From an uncultured bacterium (lineage in GTDB: Bacteria; Bacillota; Clostridia; Christensenellales; UBA1242), in NCBI GenBank assembly GCA_949474265.1, contig CASXBC010000003.1, forward strand, positions 14,083 to 78,082: DNA of 64,000 nucleotides, written 5' to 3'. The notes under the pieces were generated by a model. It was given only the letters and a program-made list of their open reading frames with translations, searched no databases and was not told the DNA's origin. Of the stretch, positions 9,152 through 17,614 are shown in pieces. Position 1 is the first letter of the stretch; each line of letters begins with the position of its first letter. Made by a program: the position numbers and the translations under genes.

Positions 9152-9604
9152 ATGGCAAGAAGTTCTAGACAATCTAAGATTTTGGAATTGATTTCCACAA
9201 AGGAGATTGAAACTCAAGATGAGCTCGCTAGAGAATTGAAAAATGCAAATTTTGAAATTACTCAAGCGACTATTTCTCGTGATATAAAAGAGCTTGGTTT
9301 GACAAAAATCTTGAGTAGTTCAGGAAAATATAAATATGCTATTCTTGGCTCTGAGACTCAAGTCGTTTCAAATAAATACATAACAATCTTTAAAGAGTGT
9401 GTTATTTCTGTGAAACCGGCTTTAAATTTGGCTGTTGTAAAAACCATTAAAGGCATGGGTGCAAGTGTTTGTTCTTTTGTTGACAAGCTTAACCTTGCAG
9501 AGTTAATGGGTGTTACCTATGGTGATGACACTGTGCTTTTAGTTTTTCCTTCAACAACTTTTGCTACTGAAGCTGTTTCTACATTAGGTCAGCTTATGGC
9601 ATAG
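9152..9604 (+). CDS. argR: Arginine repressor
   Basis: 150 aa. RQSKILELI...TQATISRDIKELGL wHTH and C-terminal GDDT motif. AAGGAG RBS. Confidence 0.93.
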   Translation: MARSSRQSKILELISTKEIETQDELARELKNANFEITQATISRDIKELGLTKILSSSGKYKYAILGSETQVVSNKYITIFKECVISVKPALNLAVVKTIKGMGASVCSFVDKLNLAELMGVTYGDDTVLLVFPSTTFATEAVSTLGQLMA

Positions 9605-9617
9605 AAAGGAGATTGAT

Positions 9618-11273
9618 ATGCTTTCTTCTTTAACCTTAAACAATGTTGCTCTTATCAAAAAACAAGTGGTGGAATTTGGAAATGGTTTCAACTGTTTGCT
9701 TGGAAAGTCTGGTGCGGGCAAAAGTATTATTATTGAAGCTTTGTCATTTTGTCTTGGTGCAAAAGCAGACAAAAATCTCATTCGCTCTGGAGAACAAAAC
9801 TTGAGAGTTGATGCTGTCTTTGTTGATGTTTCTAAGGAAGTAGAAGCTTTTTTATCTGAGCAAGATTTGCAAGTCTGTGATGAACTTATTGTTACAAGAA
9901 CTCTAAATTTGGATGGAAAATCATCTATTAAAATAAATGGTTTTCCAACAACGCTGAAAACTTTACAGTCTTTGTCAATTTTGCTTACAGATTTTTGTGG
10001 GCAACACGAAAGTGTTGGTCTTTTGAATGTTGCAAATCATCTTGCTCTTTTAGATAAGTTTGCAGGTTTAGAACTTGAGCCATTTAAAGAAAAGGTTTGT
10101 TGCCTTTATGAAGAATTATTAGCTCTCAAAAATCAACTTTCTTCACTTGGTGGAGATAAGTGGGAGCGAGAAAGAACCAAAGATATTTTAAGATTTCAAA
10201 TAAAAGAAATTGAAGATGCAAATTTGGATTTGTGTGAAGAGCAGGAGCTGAAAAGCAGATTTGATTTTGTTTCTTCTTCTGAAAAGATTTTTGAAAGAGT
10301 TGGCGAGGCTTTGATAAAGCTTGATGAGGGCAGGGATAATGCTTCAGCTCTCATTTATAATGCAAAAAATGAGTTAAATTCATTGTCGCAATTTCAAAAT
10401 ATTGAGGAATGTCGAACAAGGCTTGAAAACTGTTATTATGAAATTCGTGATATTTCAGAGGTTTTGAATTCGATAAAATCTCAAACTGATTTTGATGCAA
10501 ATGAATTAGAGCGTATTGATGCAAGGCTTGACCTTTTGAAAACGTTAAAGAAAAAGTACGGAAAGACAATTGAAGAGGTTTTGCAGTATTTAGATAAATG
10601 TAAAACAGAACTTGATGAACTTGAAAACAGTGACTTTACTCTTGAAAAGTTGAATGGGAAAATTGCTTCTGTTGAGACTGAGCTTGAGCAAGCTTGCCAA
10701 CAACTTAGCGAAAAGAGAAAAGCTTTTGCTTCGAGCTTTGCCAATAAGATAATTTGTGAGCTTGAAGAGTTGGATATGAAAGGAACTATTTTTAAGGTTG
10801 ATTTTCAAAAAACTCAGCCAAGCAAAAAGGGCTTTGATGATGTTAAATTTATGTTTTCTGCAAATAAAGGACAAGACCTTAAGGATTTAAATAAAACAGC
10901 TTCTGGTGGGGAGTTGTCAAGGCTTCTTTTAGCATTTAAAAACGCTATGAGAGATAAAGAAAAGGTGCAAACCATTGTGTTTGATGAGGTTGACTCTGGC
11001 ATCAGTGGTCAAACCGCAGAGAAGTTGGCAGAAAAAATATTAAATATTTCAAGGTTTACGCAAGTGATTTGCATTACTCATACGCCAATTGTTGCATCAA
11101 AAGCAAACACTTATTTGCTTGTAGAAAAATCAGTTGAGGGGAATGAAACATTTTCAAATGTAAAACAACTTGATGGCGAGGCTGTTATTGTTGAAGTTGC
11201 AAGATTGTTTGATGGTGGTGACAATGTTTCAAACACCGCTATAGAACATGCAAAACGTTTGATTAACGAATAA
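9618..11273 (+). CDS. recN: DNA repair protein RecN
   Basis: 551 aa. Walker A GKSGAGKS, coiled-coil middle region and signature SGGELSR. Confidence 0.95.
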   Translation: MLSSLTLNNVALIKKQVVEFGNGFNCLLGKSGAGKSIIIEALSFCLGAKADKNLIRSGEQNLRVDAVFVDVSKEVEAFLSEQDLQVCDELIVTRTLNLDGKSSIKINGFPTTLKTLQSLSILLTDFCGQHESVGLLNVANHLALLDKFAGLELEPFKEKVCCLYEELLALKNQLSSLGGDKWERERTKDILRFQIKEIEDANLDLCEEQELKSRFDFVSSSEKIFERVGEALIKLDEGRDNASALIYNAKNELNSLSQFQNIEECRTRLENCYYEIRDISEVLNSIKSQTDFDANELERIDARLDLLKTLKKKYGKTIEEVLQYLDKCKTELDELENSDFTLEKLNGKIASVETELEQACQQLSEKRKAFASSFANKIICELEELDMKGTIFKVDFQKTQPSKKGFDDVKFMFSANKGQDLKDLNKTASGGELSRLLLAFKNAMRDKEKVQTIVFDEVDSGISGQTAEKLAEKILNISRFTQVICITHTPIVASKANTYLLVEKSVEGNETFSNVKQLDGEAVIVEVARLFDGGDNVSNTAIEHAKRLINE

Positions 11274-11305
11274 AAGATGACTAAATTTGTCATCTTTTTA
11301 TTTTT
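11273..11305 (+). terminator. Rho-independent terminator
   Basis: AAAGATGAC-taaattt-GTCATCTTT plus T-run. Overlaps the annotated start of ORF 11287, which argues for the later start at 11371. Confidence 0.75.
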
Positions 11306-11370
11306 CTAATGAAATGGCATCATGTTTTAGAGAATTTGCTCATAGAATTAAGCATAAGGGGTTGTCTATT

Positions 11371-11976
11371 ATGCTTGATTTCTTTTCACAAAACTGTTCA
11401 AATTGTGTATGGTTGGTTGTATTGATTGTTGCTTTGATTCCGACGCTTGAAAGCAAAATTGCTATTCCATTTGGAATGTCGCAGCAAATTTTTGGTGATT
11501 CTGCTTTGTCGCCAATTGTCTCATGTGTGCTTGCCTTTGTTGGAAGTCTCTTGCCTGCCATTTTCATAATTTTGCTTTTTAGAAAAATAAAACAAAAAAC
11601 TACAGGCTTTGTAAATGATAAGTTATTGAATATCGCAAACAGAAAAATAAAAAATCATTTTGAAAAATTTAACCAGAGAAACACAACGCTTAAAAAGTGT
11701 GTCTACCTTGCAGGTTTTGTGGCTATTCCTTTGCCTCTTACGGGAGTTTACACCGGAAGCTTGATTGCTGGACTTTCAAATTTAAAGCTTTGGCAAGGAC
11801 TTTTATCTATTGTGGTTGGCGAGTTTTTTGCTTGCGTTGGAATTACTATTTTGTGTGCTTTGTTTGAAAATTCTGCATTTTATATCTTTTTAATGGGGCT
11901 TGCAATTGTAAACGTTATTTGTTGTGTAAACTTTGTGATTTGGCTTATTTCAAAAATTAAAAATAGAAAAGCTTAA
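11371..11976 (+). CDS. Small multidrug-export-like membrane protein (COG2426-like)
   Basis: ESKIAIPFG and AIPLPLTGVYTGSLIAGL resemble the Sm_multidrug_ex family. Start moved to the ATG at 11371, after the recN terminator. Confidence 0.55.
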   Translation: MLDFFSQNCSNCVWLVVLIVALIPTLESKIAIPFGMSQQIFGDSALSPIVSCVLAFVGSLLPAIFIILLFRKIKQKTTGFVNDKLLNIANRKIKNHFEKFNQRNTTLKKCVYLAGFVAIPLPLTGVYTGSLIAGLSNLKLWQGLLSIVVGEFFACVGITILCALFENSAFYIFLMGLAIVNVICCVNFVIWLISKIKNRKA

Positions 11977-12243
11977 ACGGGTTTTATCTATTTTATATAG
12001 AGTTTGTTTTTCCTTTTATTTTAACAACACCTAGAAAGGTATTTGAGGGGGATGGAATAAAAAAAGAAAAGAGATGTTAAGATTGTTCCTCACGAACTAA
12101 ATAAATCTCTTTTCGTTTATGAAGTTAAGATGCACTTGTCGTCTTAACTTATTTCTATTATATGGGCTTTTAAAAATATTATTCGTTAAATTTAAAAATA
12201 ATTAAAAATTTTTGCTTTGCAAATTTGTTTTTAAAATTGCAAA

Positions 12244-14091
12244 TTATTTTGCATACACTTTATATAAGTATTTCTTTATATAATAGTTTGCAGGGAACAG
12301 TAGTAAAAGTCCCAAAATTGGAACAAACAATGTTGTTGAAAATTGTGCTATTGTTTCAAATTGCATTTTGCAACAAATGTTTATTATGCAAACCACAATT
12401 ATTCCAAGCACAAAAACTATCCAATTGACAGCATCATTGTAAAACGGTTTTGCCTTTTTGCTTTTTGTGAATTTCAACAATGTGAAATCAACTGCGACAA
12501 GCACAGCAAAGAGGATTGGCAGTGTGTAAAACATGAAATTTGTGCTGGACTTTAGATTGTGTGTGCCGCTGATAATTCCAAATAGTATTGAACATCCAAT
12601 TGCAGATAGGAGTAAGAGGATTGATGAGCTTATCAAATTGAGCAGATTTGTATTGTGTTTTCTTTCTACATTTGTTTTTTGATATTCTTTAAATGTAATG
12701 CCTTGAGAGTTGTAATATCTTTTTAAGGTTGAATAGTCAGCAAAGCTCTTATTATCAAATTTTTCAATAGTAGGTCGAGCTGCTTGTTGATTTGTTGTTG
12801 GACGTTTGATTTCTTTTTCTTTCTTTTTCTCAAACAGTTTTGCCATCATATCACGATAAGTTGGCTCAAGTTCGCTGTCTCTTTTTGGGGCTGGGAGGTT
12901 GTTGTCGTATACATTTACCTCAATATTTGGAGGTGTAATCTTTCTTTGAATTGGGATTTCTTCCACTCTTGGCTCTGTGATAAAGATTGCATCATTGACA
13001 ATATCTTCTTCAGACTCAGGGGTGATTGACTTTCTTATAGGTCGTTGTTCAACATATTCAGTTTCAAAACGAATGCTGTCTTGTTCAGCCTTTTGTGGCT
13101 CGTTCTTTGTGTAAAAGCCATCAAAATTATTAAAGGTTGTTGTCTGTTGAGTGTATTGAGTGCTAGGTGTTTGAACCCTTGGCTCTTCAAATTGTTTCTC
13201 AACTTCTTCAGTTGAAACATCTGCTTGCTTTAAGTTGAGGAGGGATTTTTTAAGTTCGGCAATTCTTTCTTTTTGGATTTGGTCATAATCATCCTCTTCA
13301 TAAACAACAGCCATTTCTATTTGGTTTTCAGAAAAACTTTTTTTCTTTCTATACCTCTTTAATTCGCTTGAGGTGTCATAAAGCCTTTTGTTTTGTTCTT
13401 CCTGGTCAGGAGAAAGTCTTTCATTCTCATCCAAAAATTTGCCTCCGTCAAAAAGCTCTGCTGGCTCTTGAATAGGGGATTGTTCGAGTTTGTTTTGATA
13501 GTAGGTCATTTTGTCTTGAGTTTCTTCACTTAAGGTTTCGTTTTCTTCAAGAAATACTGCGTCATCTGTGGTTGGTTGTGTTATTGGCTCCATATTGAAT
13601 ATGTCAATTTGGTTTTCCACAATGTCACTTTTTACTTCTGTATTTGTGTGTTGAACAGATTTTTGTTCTTTTACTAAGTCAAAAATGTTTCCTTGATGAA
13701 GGATTTTTGGGCTTTCGTTTTCAGTTTTTACATCTTCTGTGTTTGTTTTGGAAGGAGGCGTTGATTCAGTAATGCTTTCTTTATTTTCCATTTCGTCAAA
13801 GGTTGTGTTTGCAAAAATACGAGAAAGCTCTTCCAAGTTTGCTTTTCCGCTATTTGTAATTGAGTAATAATGACGTTTGCCACCAAGTTCACTTTCTCCC
13901 CAATAAGATGAAGAAACAAGCCCTTTCTTTTCCATGCGGGTGAGACATGAATATAGGGTTGGCTTTTTCATTATATAATTTCCGCCTGTCTTTTTTGAGA
14001 TGTATTCTATAATTTCCAACCCATATTTTGAGCCTGAAGATAGGCTGTCCAAAACAAGATATGAAATTTGACCATTTGAATTGAATGACAT
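12244..14091 (-). CDS. Membrane-anchored PadR-like transcriptional regulator
   Basis: 615 aa. N-terminal PadR-type wHTH (YGLEIIEYISKKTGGNYIMKKPTLYSCLTRMEKKGLVSS...RHYYSITNSG), a low-complexity acidic/Q-rich linker of about 350 aa, and 4 predicted C-terminal TM helices. Confidence 0.7.
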   Translation of the reverse strand: MSFNSNGQISYLVLDSLSSGSKYGLEIIEYISKKTGGNYIMKKPTLYSCLTRMEKKGLVSSSYWGESELGGKRHYYSITNSGKANLEELSRIFANTTFDEMENKESITESTPPSKTNTEDVKTENESPKILHQGNIFDLVKEQKSVQHTNTEVKSDIVENQIDIFNMEPITQPTTDDAVFLEENETLSEETQDKMTYYQNKLEQSPIQEPAELFDGGKFLDENERLSPDQEEQNKRLYDTSSELKRYRKKKSFSENQIEMAVVYEEDDYDQIQKERIAELKKSLLNLKQADVSTEEVEKQFEEPRVQTPSTQYTQQTTTFNNFDGFYTKNEPQKAEQDSIRFETEYVEQRPIRKSITPESEEDIVNDAIFITEPRVEEIPIQRKITPPNIEVNVYDNNLPAPKRDSELEPTYRDMMAKLFEKKKEKEIKRPTTNQQAARPTIEKFDNKSFADYSTLKRYYNSQGITFKEYQKTNVERKHNTNLLNLISSSILLLLSAIGCSILFGIISGTHNLKSSTNFMFYTLPILFAVLVAVDFTLLKFTKSKKAKPFYNDAVNWIVFVLGIIVVCIINICCKMQFETIAQFSTTLFVPILGLLLLFPANYYIKKYLYKVYAK

Positions 14092-14115
14092 AAAATTGTT
14101 CTCCTATACAGTGAA

Positions 14116-14145
14116 ATTATAAATAATTTCAAAAAGTTTTGTCAA
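14116..14145 (-). promoter_or_regulatory. Sigma-A promoter of the PadR-like gene
   Basis: TTGACA-18-TATAAT on the minus strand, followed by an AGGAGAA RBS. Confidence 0.6.
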
Positions 14146-14173
14146 ATGTTTTTCAGTAATATGCAAAAATTTA

Positions 14174-14256
14174 TTGCATAATATAACAAAATGATAGGTG
14201 GTATGTGTTTGAATAATACCATATATTGTGGTGGTATGTTGCTTAATACAATAGGT
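14174..14256. repeat. Cluster of palindromic-family half-sites (copy C)
   Basis: TTGCATAATATAAC..., GGTGGTAT, TTGAATAATACCATATATTG, TGGTGGTATGTTGC and TTAATACAATAGG in alternating orientations. Confidence 0.7.
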
Positions 14257-14265
14257 TGATTTGTT

Positions 14266-14293
14266 TTGAGATAAGAAAATATTGTGCTATACT
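14266..14293 (+). promoter_or_regulatory. Sigma-A promoter giving a probably leaderless transcript
   Basis: TTGAGA-16-TGcTATACT, then 6 nt (taaatc) to the ATG at 14300. No SD. Confidence 0.5.
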
Positions 14294-14299
14294 TAAATC

Positions 14300-14929
14300 A
14301 TGAGAGTGACAATTTTAAGAGAAAAAAGAAAAACCATTGTTTTGAGTTTAATTGATGAAAACTCAGCGCTTTTAAAAGTGCCAAAACATTTAAGTGACAA
14401 CAAGATTTCTGAGTTTTTGGAGAGTAAGAAAAGATGGCTTGAAAATAAAGCTCAAAAAATCAATCAAGATAAAGAGTTTTCAAAAGCTTTTGATATAAAA
14501 AACTGTTTTTATTTGTTTGGAAAACAAGAAGGTAAGTTTGAAGACTTGATTTTGGGTTTCAATTCAATGTCTGAAAAAGAAAAGGGGTTGCATATTAGAA
14601 AATATTACCTTTCTCATTTTTCAAATTTAGAAGATATTGTGCTTAAATTGAGTGAAAAGACGGGGCTTGTCTTTGAGAAAATAAAATCAACTGCTGCTAA
14701 AACAATCTGGGGCAGCTATAGTTCTGACAGGATTATGAAGTTGAATTGGAAACTTTTACTATTGCCTAAAGAACTTGTAAATTATGTTGTTATTCATGAG
14801 CTTTGTCACAGTAAACACATGAATCATAAGCCTCAATTTTGGAGAGATGTTGCAAAGTTCTGTCCAGATTTTAAATTGAAAAGAAAACAACTTAATCAAT
14901 ATGGATTTTTGCTTAAAGCTTGCTTTTAA
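14300..14929 (+). CDS. YgjP/DUF45-like zinc metallohydrolase (M48/WLM-like)
   Basis: 209 aa. VVIHELCHSKHMNHKPQFW HExxH motif. Confidence 0.8.
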   Translation: MRVTILREKRKTIVLSLIDENSALLKVPKHLSDNKISEFLESKKRWLENKAQKINQDKEFSKAFDIKNCFYLFGKQEGKFEDLILGFNSMSEKEKGLHIRKYYLSHFSNLEDIVLKLSEKTGLVFEKIKSTAAKTIWGSYSSDRIMKLNWKLLLLPKELVNYVVIHELCHSKHMNHKPQFWRDVAKFCPDFKLKRKQLNQYGFLLKACF

Positions 14930-14941
14930 AACTGTTTGATG

Positions 14942-14971
14942 TGAATAAAATTTGATAGAATTCACATTCTA
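14942..14971 (+). promoter_or_regulatory. Forespore sigma-G/sigma-F-type promoter of spoIVB
   Basis: TGAATA-17-CATTCTA fits the remembered consensus TGAATA-N17/18-CATnnTA. 7 nt separate it from the ATG at 14979. No SD. Confidence 0.55.
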
Positions 14972-14978
14972 ATTGCGT

Positions 14979-16157
14979 ATGAAACGCAAATTTACTTTGA
15001 CATTTTTGGTAATATCTTTATGTTTATGTTTTTTAGTGCTTTCCTCTGTTCAAATGCTCAATAATATAGAGGGAGGTTTTCTTGCTGATTATGAAGATGT
15101 GGAGATTGCAAACAAAAATAAAACTTTTGGAAGCTTCATAAAAACTGAGTTGAGTGAAAAAGACAAAGGGGTTTCTGGGCAAAAGAGTGATACGGGAGAA
15201 GTTGTTTTTAAGCTTTTTGGTTTTATACCTATCAAAAAAGTAATGGTAAAAATTACAAATGATGATGATTATTATGTTGGCGGAGTTCCAATTGGACTTG
15301 AGATAAATTCTGATGGGGCAATAGTTGTAAGTAGAGAAAGTAAAGAGGTGTCTGATAAGCTTCGAGATGGGGATATTATCACTGAGATTGATGGAATTTC
15401 TATTGACAGCCTTGATAAACTTTCGGAGATTGTTCAGGATGCTTCAGAAGAAGTTGAGGTAAAGTTTTTAAGAAAAAATAAAGAGATAAAAACTATATTA
15501 AAAACCTATAGAGATGCTGAAAGTGGCAGGATGAAGCTGGGAATGATGGTAAAAGATGATATTGCTGGAGTTGGAACGCTGACGTTTATCAACACAAAAA
15601 CTCATGAGTATGGTGCTCTTGGACATCCAATTATAGATTCAAATGGAGAGAATATAGTGCCTGTGTCAAAAGGCGATGTTTACGCTTGCAATTTGATAGG
15701 GATAAACAAAGGTAAAAAGAATGCTCCAGGCGAACTAAGATGTGTTTTCTCTTCACGTGCAGACAAAAAGGGTGATATAAAGAAAAATAACAAGTTTGGT
15801 ATCAGTGGAACTATGCAAAATTTTGATGGCTTGGTGGACGAAAACTTGACGGCTAAGGTCGGTGGTAGACTTGGAGTGACAATGGGCAGTGCTAAAATTG
15901 TGTCTAGCATAAGTGGAATAAGAGAAGAATATGACATTGAAATTATAAAAGCCAAATATCAAAAAAAATCAGATGACAAGAGTATGGTTTTTAGAGTGAA
16001 AGATAAGCGATTGATTGAGCTTACAGGTGGTATTGTTCAGGGGATGAGTGGTTCTCCAATAATGCAAAATGGAAAGATAATTGGTGCTGTAACTCATGTG
16101 TTTATGTCTGACCCAACAAAAGGTTATGGAGTTTACATTGATTGGATGTTGGAATGA
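14979..16157 (+). CDS. spoIVB: SpoIVB signalling serine peptidase (S55)
   Basis: N-terminal TM, PDZ region, GTLTFINTKTHEYGALGH and catalytic GMSGSPIMQNGKIIGAVTHVF. The track begins at a TTG (14973), but the ATG at 14979 is preferred. Confidence 0.92.
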   Translation: MKRKFTLTFLVISLCLCFLVLSSVQMLNNIEGGFLADYEDVEIANKNKTFGSFIKTELSEKDKGVSGQKSDTGEVVFKLFGFIPIKKVMVKITNDDDYYVGGVPIGLEINSDGAIVVSRESKEVSDKLRDGDIITEIDGISIDSLDKLSEIVQDASEEVEVKFLRKNKEIKTILKTYRDAESGRMKLGMMVKDDIAGVGTLTFINTKTHEYGALGHPIIDSNGENIVPVSKGDVYACNLIGINKGKKNAPGELRCVFSSRADKKGDIKKNNKFGISGTMQNFDGLVDENLTAKVGGRLGVTMGSAKIVSSISGIREEYDIEIIKAKYQKKSDDKSMVFRVKDKRLIELTGGIVQGMSGSPIMQNGKIIGAVTHVFMSDPTKGYGVYIDWMLE

Positions 16158-16179
16158 TGTAAATGTAGCTTTGTAAATA

Positions 16180-16217
16180 AAATATAGTGTAGTATTCATG
16201 CGTACTACACTATATTT
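16180..16217. repeat. Perfect 15-8-15 palindrome (family copy D), probable bidirectional terminator
   Basis: AAATATAGTGTAGTA-ttcatgcg-TACTACACTATATTT between convergent spoIVB and the recombinase gene. A-run before and T-run after. Confidence 0.85.
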
Positions 16218-16243
16218 TGTATATGCTGACTAAACTATAGAAT

Positions 16244-17281
16244 TTAATCTTGATGAATTTTTATCACATTTGCCACAGCCTTTCGCATATCTTCATTGAT
16301 TGCGGCATAGTGTTTTTTGGTTGTGTTGACATCTTTGTGTCCAAGCACATCAGCAACAATGTAAATATCCTTGGTTTCTCTATACAAATTTGTGCCAAAG
16401 GTCGAACGAAGTTTGTGTGGGGAAATCTTTTTTAAAGGGGCACTTTCTTTTGCAAATTTTTTGACTAAATTTTCAACTGCACGAACGCAAATGCGTTTGT
16501 TTTGAAGAGAAACAAACATAGCTTTTTCTTCTGGTGGAAGCTTTAAGGTGTTTCTTTTTTCTAGCCAAGCTTCAAGTGCTGTGGTTACTTCTTTTGAAAA
16601 ATAAAGTATTGCTTGATTTCCACCTTTTCGTGTCACTTTGAAAGCATCTTGAGAAAAATCAAAATCTTCGACATTTAAACCCACAAGTTCTGAAATTCTT
16701 ATACCTGTTCCAAGAAAAAGAGTGACAATGGCATTATCACGCACTTGAGTGTTTTTGTTGTAATTTTTTTGATGTTCAGAAAATGATGTTGGGGACTGAA
16801 CAGCATCAAGCATACGTGATACTTCTTCCTTTTCAAGTCTGATGATTTCTTTTGTGTGAAGCTTTGGCGTTTGAATCTTGCTTGCTACATTAGATGAAAT
16901 CATATCATGATTGAAGAGATATTTAAAAAAACTTCTGACACTTGCAAGCTTTCTTGCCTTGCCTCTTTCGGTGTTTTTTAGCATTGTTTCGCCATTTTGA
17001 TAATACGAAAGATAGGAAAGATAGTTTTCGATATTTCTTGCTTGGATACCATCTAAATCTTCTAAGGTGATTTGTGCTTTTGGTTTTCTGATGACATAAT
17101 TTTCAAGATAGTCAAAAAAAACATTCAAATCCATTGCATAATTTACTCTAGTAAGAGAAGAAGTGTTGTTTTCAATGCCTATAAAAAAGTCATAGCAATA
17201 ATCTGGGAGATTAGAGAGATAATCTCCGATTTTTTTCATATTTTTTAAATCTCTTTTCTCATAATAATTCATTTCTTTCAT
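16244..17281 (-). CDS. Tyrosine site-specific recombinase (Xer-family, XerS/XerD-like architecture)
   Basis: 345 aa. Catalytic region GIRISEL, VTRKGGN, HKLRSTFGT, LGHKDVNTTKKHY. N-terminal SAM-like core-binding domain. Confidence 0.85.
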   Translation of the reverse strand: MKEMNYYEKRDLKNMKKIGDYLSNLPDYCYDFFIGIENNTSSLTRVNYAMDLNVFFDYLENYVIRKPKAQITLEDLDGIQARNIENYLSYLSYYQNGETMLKNTERGKARKLASVRSFFKYLFNHDMISSNVASKIQTPKLHTKEIIRLEKEEVSRMLDAVQSPTSFSEHQKNYNKNTQVRDNAIVTLFLGTGIRISELVGLNVEDFDFSQDAFKVTRKGGNQAILYFSKEVTTALEAWLEKRNTLKLPPEEKAMFVSLQNKRICVRAVENLVKKFAKESAPLKKISPHKLRSTFGTNLYRETKDIYIVADVLGHKDVNTTKKHYAAINEDMRKAVANVIKIHQD

Positions 17282-17287
17282 ACTGAT

Positions 17288-17315
17288 ATTATAGCAAAGA
17301 TTTTTTTTATTTCAA
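17288..17315 (-). promoter_or_regulatory. Sigma-A promoter giving a probably leaderless transcript
   Basis: TTGAAA-16-TGcTATAAT, then 6 nt (atcagt) to the ATG at 17281. No SD. Confidence 0.5.
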
Positions 17316-17361
17316 AATGATTATTGATAGTAACACAATTATTTTTCGCATACTTTTGTCA

Positions 17362-17401
17362 AAATATGGTGTATTATTTGCATAACACAAACAATATATT
17401 G
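17362..17401. repeat. Palindromic-family copy H
   Basis: AAATATGGTGTATTA followed by TTTGCATAACACAAACAATATATTG. Confidence 0.6.
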
Positions 17402-17614
17402 AGAATTGCTGAAATTTAAAAAGGGGACAAATTGAAAATGCGTGATTTCGTGGTTTAAATTTTAAACCGAATTTGAGTTGTATGAGGTTATTGGTTTCTC
17501 TTATGTTAAGTTTCGACATATTAATACTTTTTTATAATATTTTGTGTCAATATTATTTGCTTTTTATATTTTATTATGATAAAATCAGACGAACTTACAT
17601 TTCGGAGGTAAATA

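Noticed and set aside
11287-11370. N-terminal extensions of several track ORFs: 11287, 21610, 35806-36393, 37988-39019, 50802-51218, 52176-52748, 55586-56560, 57035-57307, 57318-58316 and 62593-62925.
   Set aside because: The extensions overlap upstream genes, terminators or repeat elements. They lack an RBS, whereas internal ATGs have good SD sequences and give canonical N-termini.
12205-12243. Two copies of TTGCAAAT about 20 nt apart, just beyond the stop of the PadR-like gene.
   Set aside because: They are short AT-rich words in a convergent terminator region that already contains two hairpins (12072-12120 and 12124-12152). There is not enough evidence to call an operator.
16244-17281. 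Recombinase gene considered as the marker of an integrated mobile element or prophage.
   Set aside because: There are no flanking direct repeats, no tRNA target, no phage/IS/conjugation cargo, and housekeeping genes abut both sides. It is more consistent with a chromosomal Xer-type recombinase.
17511-17517. Spo0A-box-like heptamers TTCGACA, here and at about 57274-57280 upstream of the YtxH-like gene.
   Set aside because: A 7-mer of this composition is expected several times by chance in 128 kb of two-strand sequence. The occurrences are single and unclustered.
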